The notes under the pieces were generated by a model. That model searched no databases. It saw only the letters and a program-made list of their open reading frames with translations, and was not told the origin of the DNA. From Candidatus Atelocyanobacterium thalassae (GTDB lineage: Bacteria > Cyanobacteriota > Cyanobacteriia > Cyanobacteriales > Microcystaceae), in assembly GCA_051971635.1 (NCBI GenBank), contig JBFPLN010000003.1, positions 384,001-448,000 on the forward strand: DNA of 64,000 bases. Reading direction: 5' to 3'. The first letter of the stretch is position 1; each line of letters opens with the position of its first letter. Below, in pieces: positions 1 to 8,437 of the stretch. A program made the position numbers and the translations under genes.

Positions 1-699
1 ATCTTCAACTATTGGAGAACTTGGAACATCTTCATATTCTAAATTTAAGTTAGAACTGTCAGGGCTATTAGTGATTAAATCAAAAATATTTAATTGACCA
101 CTTTCTTTATCCTTTGCTCTTTTTTGTGCCCAAGATATTACTAAATCAAGATCATTAATTAACTGTTTACGATTACTGGCTATGCTATCAAAAGCACCAG
201 AATAAATTAAAGTTTCTAATGCCCTTTTATTAACAGTCCTTGAATCGGTATGAGAACAAAAATCTGCAAGAGATTTAAAATTGGTAGTTAGTTCTGTTCT
301 GGCTTTTAAAATACTTTCTATTGCACCCTCTCCTAGATTTCTAACGGCTGATAATCCGAAAAGAATTTGATTTCTTAAAGGAGTAAAGTCTTTTAGAGAA
401 AGGCTAATATCTGGAGGTAAAACTTCAATACCCATTTTTTGACAATTTTCTCTGTATTTTTCTACTTTATCTTGATTATCACTGTTGGCACTTAGTAAGG
501 CAGTCATGTATTCAACAGGGTAATTAGCTTTTAAATATGCTGTCTGATAGGTTATGTAAGCATAAGCAGTGGAATGAGATTTATTAAAACAGTTAGAAGC
601 TATTAAACCATTATTTAATATAAAATTATGATCTTTTTCTATACCAATATCAAATACTTCATGAATTCCTAAAGATTTACGACGTATAATTTTAGCCAT
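1..699 (-). CDS. dnaE-c: DNA polymerase III alpha subunit, C-terminal split part (DnaE-C) with N-terminal 36-aa C-intein; runs off the window start
   Basis: Manual translation from ATG at 699: [69 protein letters not shown]...; frame is open to position 1. Confidence 0.97.
   Translation of the reverse strand, partial: MAKIIRRKSLGIHEVFDIGIEKDHNFILNNGLIASNCFNKSHSTAYAYITYQTAYLKANYPVEYMTALLSANSDNQDKVEKYRENCQKMGIEVLPPDISLSLKDFTPLRNQILFGLSAVRNLGEGAIESILKARTELTTNFKSLADFCSHTDSRTVNKRALETLIYSGAFDSIASNRKQLINDLDLVISWAQKRAKDKESGQLNIFDLITNSPDSSNLNLEYEDVPSSPIVED
592..699 (-). other. Split DnaE intein, C-terminal fragment (IntC, 36 aa)
   Basis: DIG..DHNF.L.NG.IASN followed by extein CFNKSH, the canonical cyanobacterial DnaE IntC splice junction. 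Confidence 0.95.
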
Positions 700-885
700 A
701 ATTTTCTAATGTAAAACTTTAATTTTTTTAACTTAATATTAAACTTTATATTATTAATATCCAAAGATTGATTATTAAAATTTAAATAAAAATAGAAACA
801 AATTATTCATAGCTATTGTATTTATATAATATGTTTCATAACATTTTTTAAGACAAGCTAATTGATTGTTTTGTATTATAGGATT

Positions 886-2013
886 TTAATATAAATCGTA
901 TTTTAATAAGGTACAGTTTAAAGAACCATTATAAATTGGAGTACGATTAGATGCTCTTAAGCCAATTTGTTGAGTTAATTTTTTATCTTCACTTAAAATA
1001 TAAGCTACCCATCCTTTAAAGCGATGTTTGAGTACATCTCCTAATAGTTTGTATAATTTCCCTAATTCTTGAGAGTCTCCTATACGCCTACCATAAGGAG
1101 GATTACATATAATAATTCCTTTATCTGCTGGTGCTTCAATATCTTTTAAAGCTATTTGAATAAAATCAATATATTTTTCAATATTACATCTTTTTGCATT
1201 AATCCTTGCCTGCTCTATTACTGATAAATTATGATCACTGCCAAAAATAGGTGCTTTAAGTTTTTTTCTCTGTTTTTTGACTGCCTCATTAATTATATTT
1301 TTATAAAGTTTTTCATCAAAATCTGGCCAAAATTGAAATCCAAAAGATTTTCTATTTAATCCCACAGCCATATTTAAACTTTTCAAGGTTGCTTCAATAG
1401 GTATAGTTCCTGATCCACACATAGGATCTAATAAACAAATATCAGGTGTCCATTCTGCTATATCCAATAGTGCTGCAGCCAAACTTTCTTTAATAGGTGC
1501 GAGTCCCATAGCTGCACGATATCCTCTTCTATGTAAACTATTTCCAGAGCTATCTAAACTTAGGATGCATGAATTGTCGTTAATATGCGCATTTATTAAA
1601 ATCTCAGGATTTTTAGTATCAATAGTAGATCTTTTATTAAAACGATCTCTTTGCTGGTCAATAATAGAATTTTTAATTTGTAGAGCAGTAAAGTGAGTAT
1701 GATTTAACTTTAAGTTTTTCCCTGTACAATTTACTGCAAATGTCTGTTCTGTCTTTAAATATTGAGACCAATCTATTTTGCCAACATTATCATATAGTTC
1801 TAGCCCATCATTACATCTAATTGTAAAAATAGGCATTAGAAAACGAAGAATAGTTCTTGACCATATGTTTACTCTATATAACAAGGATTTATCACCTTGA
1901 AAATATACTCCTGCAAATGTAATTTCAATACTCTTAGCGTTTAAATTTTTTAATTCCTGAGCAGCCACTTTTTCCAATCCTCTAGCGACAGTGGCGAAGT
2001 ATTGATTAGGCAT
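886..2013 (-). CDS. THUMP-domain class I SAM-dependent RNA methyltransferase (RlmL-like)
   Basis: LHRRGYR, APIKESLAAA, DPMCGSGT and NPPYG motifs. Confidence 0.9.
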   Translation of the reverse strand: MPNQYFATVARGLEKVAAQELKNLNAKSIEITFAGVYFQGDKSLLYRVNIWSRTILRFLMPIFTIRCNDGLELYDNVGKIDWSQYLKTEQTFAVNCTGKNLKLNHTHFTALQIKNSIIDQQRDRFNKRSTIDTKNPEILINAHINDNSCILSLDSSGNSLHRRGYRAAMGLAPIKESLAAALLDIAEWTPDICLLDPMCGSGTIPIEATLKSLNMAVGLNRKSFGFQFWPDFDEKLYKNIINEAVKKQRKKLKAPIFGSDHNLSVIEQARINAKRCNIEKYIDFIQIALKDIEAPADKGIIICNPPYGRRIGDSQELGKLYKLLGDVLKHRFKGWVAYILSEDKKLTQQIGLRASNRTPIYNGSLNCTLLKYDLY

Positions 2014-2409
2014 TAATTTAGTGATTTTGTAGAATAGTTCTTATAGACTGTCATAACTCACCTAATATTTTTATTGTTAAAAATTAGTCTATCGCAAATA
2101 TTAGAGTGCGATTATATTACCTATAGTAGTTGGATGATAATACTGTAAAACTAATCTATTCTTATGAATTACGTCAATAAATAATAAACTTGTTGATAAA
2201 ACCAATTTCTAGGAGAAACATTACTGTTAAAAATTGCTTTATAGATAAGATATTTGAAATTTTCATAACTATGATTGATACAAATCTATTATAACAAATT
2301 CTTGAAATCAACACTTGGGAATAAACCCTAAAGCCAATAATCATTACAAGAATAAAAAGCTTTTATGATCTTTTATTATTTAATAATGTATTGAATTGAC
2401 TATTAAACT

Positions 2410-3830
2410 ATGTCTAAAAACTATTGAATAAATAATGACGGGCAACAATCATTAAATTCTATAAGTTATTTATTTCCAGATTAGTCAAATTCAAGCTGTG
2501 GAGACAAACATTTGAAAAGCAAATTTTTTCAAGGTCTATTAGGAAGGCGAAAAAAAGCTGCTTTTGTATTAATTATTGTTTGGGGTATCATTATCAGCTT
2601 ATATTTTGTACCTTGGGGAATCTGGATTGTTTATATAATAACCACTCTTTTGAGTTTTCGATCACTTCTTATTATCATAACTCAACCAACTAGAATATCC
2701 ACGTCTTTACCTTACGAGGATTTAAAGCAAATTCCTTCAGTCTCTTTACTAGTAGCAATAAAGAACGAAGAAACCGTTATTCGTCAATTAGTAACAGAAT
2801 TATGTGGTTTAGATTATGTGCTTGGAAAATACGATCTCTGGATTGTAAATGATCATAGTACTGATAAAACAGTTAGTATACTAAACGACTTGGCTCAAGA
2901 ATATCCTCAACTTAATATCCTTCTCTTGTAGCAAGAGGTGGTAAATCTGGGGCTCTAAAGAGTGTTCTTCAAAAAGCTAGAGAAGATGTAATTGTAGCTT
3001 TTAATGCAAATGCTAGGGTTTCTAAAGACTTATTAAAACATGTAATTCCATTATTTGCTCAAGAAGAAATAGGTGCAGTACAAGTACGCAAGAAAGTTGT
3101 CAATGAGACCTTAAATTTATGGACTCGGGAATAAGCAGCAGAGATGGCGTTAGATAGTTTTTTTCAAGAGCAACGTATTTCAGTTAATGGGATTGGAGGA
3201 TTACGAGATAATGGCCAGCTTGTTCGTCGTATCGCTTTAGCTAAACGTGGAGGATAGAGCGAACAAACTATTACCGATGATTTGGATTTGACTATTCGTT
3301 TGCATTTAGATGGTTAGAAAATTAAGTTTTTAAATAATCATGCTGTTGAAGAAGAAGGTGTTGTAAGCGCAAAAGCTTTGTGGCATAAGCGTAATCACTG
3401 GGCAGAGGGAGGTTACTAACGTTATTTAGATTATTGGAAGTTTATCCTATATCAACCTATGGGATGGAGTAAAAAGTTTGACTTAATTTTATTTACATTA
3501 GTGCAGTATCTTTTACCGAGTGCTATTACTCCTGATTTTATAATGATGATTGTTCATCACCGTTTATCCTTATTAAGTCTTTTGATAGGGCTAATGCTAT
3601 CTTTATCTTGCTGGGGAATGTTTGTAGGCTTACGTCGAATTTATGGTAAAACAGTTTGGACAACTTTTAGTGTATTACGCTTAATCATAAAAACTTTATG
3701 GGGGGTATTATATATGATGCATTGGTTAATTGTTATGCCTTGTGTTAGAGGGAGAATGTCAATTAGAGCTAAACGTTTAAAGTAGATTAAAACTATACAT
3801 CAAGGGACTATCGTAACAATTGATGAATAA
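2410..3830 (+). pseudogene. mgdA: Inactivated monoglucosyldiacylglycerol synthase (GT2, Sll1377/MgdA type)
   Basis: Reconstructed reading: FFQGLLGRRKKAA...KNEETVI...GGKSGAL...GAVQVRK...EMALD...EQTITDDLDLTIRLHL...EEEGV...WAEGGY*RYLDYW...RMSIRAKRLK*IKTIH. Stops at 2425, 2482, 3132, 3255, 3315, 3417 and 3783; frameshift near 2925-2931. ORF-track pieces 2512..2931 and 3459..3785 are fragments of it. Confidence 0.9.
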
Positions 3831-4225
3831 CTGAAGTAATTGCTATAGATATAATCTATATAGATAGTTTATTAGGCTACTAGAATTAAATTCATATAGA
3901 CTATATCAACCAAGTACACATGTAAGAGAAAGTAAAATCAATATTTATGAAGTAAGGTGTTAAATATGACACGAAAATAAGAGTTGTATTATTGGTCATT
4001 ATTCATAAAAATTTCTTAGATGTAATACTTAAAATATTTAATTCCTAATTGATAAAATATAAGAAAAGTAGATCATTATTTATTATTTTTCCTGGATTGT
4101 ATAGAATATTAAGTGTTACTAAAAAAATGGAGATGATTTTTATTCTAAAACAGTTCTCTACTGTAAAAGTAACTTGAAAGTTTAAATTTAGTATTCTTTT
4201 AACTTTATTGAATATATAACTATAT

Positions 4226-5368
4226 ATGAAATACGCCTTAGTTCATGAATGGCTAACTCCAAAAGCTACAGGAGGTTCTGAATTAGTAGTCAAAGAAATT
4301 CTTAAGCATATAAAAGCTGATGTTTATTCTCTTATTGACTTTGAATCTACTAATCCTAAAAGTTATCTTTATAACCGCTCTATTGGAACCACTTTCTTAC
4401 AATATTTCCCTTTAGCCTATAACGGCGTTCAAAAGTATTTACCTTTTTTGCCTTTAGCTATAGAGCAATTGGATTTAAGAGAATACGATGTAATACTATC
4501 TTCTTCTCACTCTGTAGCTAAAGGAATACTTGCCAGTCCACATCAGCTTCATGTATGTTACTGTCATACACCAATGCGCTATGCCTGGGATTTAACTTTT
4601 GACTATCTCAAAAATTCTATAATAGGTAGAGGAATTCCTGGAATATTTACTCGTTATTTATTACATCATTTAAGACAGTGGGATGTTATCTCTGCTAATC
4701 GTGTTGATTTTTTTATAGCTAATTCTCACCATACTGCTGATCGTATATGGCGTTGCTATCGTCGTAAGGCCAAGGTTATATATCCTCCAGTAGATATAGA
4801 TAGATTTACTTATACTGCTAAAAAAGATAATTTTTATGTTACTGTTTCTAGGCTAGTTAGTTATAAAAAAATTAACTTAATTGTACAGGCCTTCAATAAG
4901 CTAGGATATCCTTTAATCGTTATCGGTGACGGACCAGAAATTTCTAAAATTCGTTCGATTGCTCAGCCAAATATAAAAATTCTAGGAGCGCAAAAAGATT
5001 CAGTAGTAGAAAACTATGTTGCAAAAGCAAAAGCTTTTATATATGCTGCTTGTGAAGATTTTGGAATAGCTTTAGTAGAAGCTCAAGCTTGTGGTACTCC
5101 AGTTATTGCTTATGGGAATGGTGGTGCATTAGAGACTGTAATTGATGTTCAAAAAAATGTACAAGATGGAACTGGAATTTTATTTAAAGATCAAACTGTT
5201 CAGTCTCTTGTTGAAGCAGTTGAAACTTTTCATGATTTTCAACATCAAGTAAATCCTGAAAGTTGTCGCCGTCAAGCGGAGAAATTTTCTCCTAAAATCT
5301 TTGAAACATCTTACTTAGCTTTTTTAGAAAAATGCTATGAAGACTTTACTGCAAATTCCTCGTCATAA
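4226..5368 (+). CDS. Glycosyltransferase family 4
   Basis: ALVHEWL..GGSE, CYCHTPMRYAWD, EDFGIALVEAQACGTPVIA. Confidence 0.9.
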   Translation: MKYALVHEWLTPKATGGSELVVKEILKHIKADVYSLIDFESTNPKSYLYNRSIGTTFLQYFPLAYNGVQKYLPFLPLAIEQLDLREYDVILSSSHSVAKGILASPHQLHVCYCHTPMRYAWDLTFDYLKNSIIGRGIPGIFTRYLLHHLRQWDVISANRVDFFIANSHHTADRIWRCYRRKAKVIYPPVDIDRFTYTAKKDNFYVTVSRLVSYKKINLIVQAFNKLGYPLIVIGDGPEISKIRSIAQPNIKILGAQKDSVVENYVAKAKAFIYAACEDFGIALVEAQACGTPVIAYGNGGALETVIDVQKNVQDGTGILFKDQTVQSLVEAVETFHDFQHQVNPESCRRQAEKFSPKIFETSYLAFLEKCYEDFTANSSS

Positions 5369-5444
5369 ATTTATATTTATCAATGTATGTAATTTGCTTA
5401 GTAAAATTCTGACAAATTAATATGGTGTAATTTAGAGGAGTGAG

Positions 5445-6179
5445 ATGACTATTAATAACCAATTTACTTCTATTAAAACGTTACAAATTCTAATAAGAAA
5501 AAAATCAATTACCTCAATTGTTCAAAAACTTCATCATAGATCTCGAACACAATATATATTGAGTAATCAATTTATTAAAAGATCTTTTGATATATTATTT
5601 TCTTTTTCTGTATTGATTATTTTTTTACCTCTTTACTTGCTGTTAAGTTTTTTAATAGCAGTTAGTTCTCCTGGGCCTGTTTTTTATTTTCAAGAAAGGG
5701 CTGGAAAAAATTTTAAAAAGTTTAAATGTATTAAATTTAGAACGATGGTTCAAAATGCAGATGAAGTATTAGAATCAATAATGGCAAGTTCTCCACAGAT
5801 TAAAGCTGAATTTGAAAATAATTTTAAGCTAAGAGAGGATCCTCGGGTTACCTGGATCGGGAAGTTCCTCCGTTTAACTAGTTTAGATGAATTTCCTCAA
5901 TTTTGGAACGTCTTAAAAGGAGATATGAGTGTTGTTGGTCCCAGACCATTGGTCACTGATGAGCTTTGTAAATACGGAGATAAGATAGGGAAAGTCTTAA
6001 CTATTCGGCCAGGAATAACTGGTTTGTGGCAAGTTTCAGGTCGTAATGATATTCCCTACCCTCAAAGAGTGCAAATTGATATTTATTATGTAAATTATCA
6101 TACCTGGATTATGGATGTATGGATAATTTTTAAAACTATTGGAGTAATTATTTTCCCAAAAAATAATGGTGCTTACTAA
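5445..6179 (+). CDS. Bacterial sugar transferase (polyprenyl-phosphate phosphoglycosyl transferase, WcaJ/WbaP C-terminal domain type)
   Basis: KRSFDI, KFRTM, DPRVT..GKFLRLTSLDEFPQFWNVLKGDMSVVGPRP, RPGITGLWQVSGR; AGGAG RBS upstream. Confidence 0.92.
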   Translation: MTINNQFTSIKTLQILIRKKSITSIVQKLHHRSRTQYILSNQFIKRSFDILFSFSVLIIFLPLYLLLSFLIAVSSPGPVFYFQERAGKNFKKFKCIKFRTMVQNADEVLESIMASSPQIKAEFENNFKLREDPRVTWIGKFLRLTSLDEFPQFWNVLKGDMSVVGPRPLVTDELCKYGDKIGKVLTIRPGITGLWQVSGRNDIPYPQRVQIDIYYVNYHTWIMDVWIIFKTIGVIIFPKNNGAY

Positions 6180-6360
6180 GCCAAATATCCATATACCATA
6201 TAGACCTAATATAATGTAATTATTATAGATAATAAGAATTTATTTAGTTTAATCCAAACGAAAAATACTATATTTTTTTGATTTCATAGTTCATTTTATT
6301 TACTGCGGATAAAAAAATTAACTATGAAATCAATGTGCTTCTGAATTTCATTACGCGATA

Positions 6361-6579
6361 TTACAAGCTAAGCCAGTGTACCTCTTCAAGATGTACACCC
6401 TTAATTATTAGTATAGATGTACTTGTAAAAATTGCTAACAAATTAGCACAGATTAAATATCCAGCAACTAATAATACAGAACTTATTGGTAGAAATGTTT
6501 GCAGAATAATTGACATTAAGGCACCATAATCACAGGAAATCCCACAATAAGTAAACACACTATTAAAGAAAAACTCCAT
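6361..6579 (-). CDS. Small hydrophobic hypothetical protein (72 aa)
   Basis: ATG preceded by AGGAG (attaggagctttttaatATG); long hydrophobic stretch; family not recognised. Confidence 0.45.
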   Translation of the reverse strand: MEFFFNSVFTYCGISCDYGALMSIILQTFLPISSVLLVAGYLICANLLAIFTSTSILIIKGVHLEEVHWLSL

Positions 6580-7318
6580 ATTAAAAAGCTCCTAATCATT
6601 AGGAAAGTGTTAAAAAATTTTAAATTTATTTTTTGTACAAGGTTCATATATTATTTCTCCATAGAAAACATAAGCTTAAAAAATACTTATCTAAATCAAT
6701 ATAGGTATCATAATAAATTGATAGTATTTTTCGACACAAAGATTAACATATAAAACTAGCTTTTGTTTCTTGCATATAGTTTCGCCTAAAAGGCAATATA
6801 TTAAACTTTTATTATTGAATTAACTAATCTAATAATAAAAGTTTAATATATTGCCTTTTTTATACTACTTAGTAGTTTCTATTAATATTATTTAAAATAT
6901 ATTTTTAAGCTTATTAAATGTTTTGATTTAAATACTTTGAATATTTAACTAGTTTTTAATCTGATAGTATAAAATGCCAGCAATATTATGTTAAAAAATA
7001 TAGATATTGATATCCTAGACAATAGCGACTCTAATGTTGCATATTGGGATGTCTGATTCGAAACCATAATATAATTTACAAATACCAGAAAAACAAATCT
7101 AATTTTTTATTAATATCTTTTTTATTAGATTATTTTATCGCTTTAAGTCTAGATATAATGACCTTGTTGCTTTAAAGTAAAAAAGGTTATCATTTTTAAT
7201 AATGTAATTCTAAAAATAAAAGTTCAAGAAAAATTAAACCTACACAATATAGTTTTAATCTTTTTTCGAAACTGATATTAAACATATAAAAATAGTCTTT
7301 TCTAGATAAAACTGTCTT

Positions 7319-8401
7319 ATGAATGATGATTATTTATTGTCAAGTTATGACTATCACTTACCTTCAAAACTAATTGCTCAGAATCCTCTAGTCCCAAGAG
7401 ATTCTTCACGTTTATTAGTAGTCAATTCTTCAAATACTCATGTTCATAGTTTTTTTAATGAATTACCTAAATGGTTGCTACCTGGAGATCTGCTCGTATT
7501 TAATAATACACGTGTTGTTCCGGCAAGACTTTATGGACAAAAGACTACTGGAGCTAAAGTTGAAGTATTACTATTAGAAGAAAAAAAGCCTTTCACCTGG
7601 CTTGTATTAGTTAAACCAGGTAAAAGATGTAAGATTGGCAGTGAAATTTTATTTAAAAGAGGATTAAAGGAATTTGAACAAAATGATCTACTTAAAGCAA
7701 CAGTAATAGATCAGGATGAACAAACGGGAGGAAGAATATTAAAGTTTGACGTAAGTTCTAAGAGTGCATTCTGGGAAAATTTAGAAAAAATTGGACATCT
7801 TCCTCTACCGCCATACATTACTAAATGTAGTGCAAACCCATCTCAGTATCAAACGATTTATGCGCAAAAGCCAGGTGCAATTGCTGCTCCAACAGCAGGT
7901 TTACATTTCACTCAAGAGTTGCTAAAAAATTTGCAAGAAAGAGGAATTGATCAAGCTTATGTCACTTTACATGTAGGATTGGGAACATTCCGTCCAGTGA
8001 ACACAGATGATATAAAAAAACATACGATGCATCAAGAATGGGTGGAAGTATCAAATCAAACGATCCAAAAAATTCATGAAACTAAAAGGAAAGGAGGACG
8101 AGTTATAGCAGTTGGAACAACTGTAGTAAGAGCTTTGGAAGGAATGGCAGATGTGGTTTCAATGGATAAAAAATGTGATGTAGAGTCTTTTTCGGGTAAA
8201 ACTGATATCTTTATATATCCAGGATATAGTTGGCGATTGATTGATGGAATGATCACGAACTTTCATCTTCCTAAATCTAGTTTATTAATGCTTGTTAGTG
8301 CTCTGATAGGTAGAAAAAGACTATTAGAATTGTATAAAATAGCTATTGAGCAAAAGTACCGTTTTTATTCTTTTGGAGATGGAATGCTGGTTCTATTCTA
8401 A
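7319..8401 (+). CDS. queA: S-adenosylmethionine:tRNA ribosyltransferase-isomerase
   Basis: YDYHLP..LIAQ.P, PLPPYI, AAPTAGLHFT, TLHVGLGTFRPV, TNFHLPKSSL, YRFYSFGD. Confidence 0.97.
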   Translation: MNDDYLLSSYDYHLPSKLIAQNPLVPRDSSRLLVVNSSNTHVHSFFNELPKWLLPGDLLVFNNTRVVPARLYGQKTTGAKVEVLLLEEKKPFTWLVLVKPGKRCKIGSEILFKRGLKEFEQNDLLKATVIDQDEQTGGRILKFDVSSKSAFWENLEKIGHLPLPPYITKCSANPSQYQTIYAQKPGAIAAPTAGLHFTQELLKNLQERGIDQAYVTLHVGLGTFRPVNTDDIKKHTMHQEWVEVSNQTIQKIHETKRKGGRVIAVGTTVVRALEGMADVVSMDKKCDVESFSGKTDIFIYPGYSWRLIDGMITNFHLPKSSLLMLVSALIGRKRLLELYKIAIEQKYRFYSFGDGMLVLF

Positions 8402-8437
8402 TATCTTGAAAAACTTTGAGAATTAAAAATAAAGATT

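Noticed and set aside
2512..3785. ORF-track ORFs 2512..2931 and 3459..3785 as two separate genes
   Set aside because: They are fragments of one mgdA pseudogene, linked by homologous sequence containing stops
2410..3830. Stop-codon reassignment or readthrough rescuing mgdA
   Set aside because: All three stop types occur, there is also a frameshift and loss of catalytic motifs, and neighbouring genes use TGG for Trp and end normally at TAA/TAG/TGA
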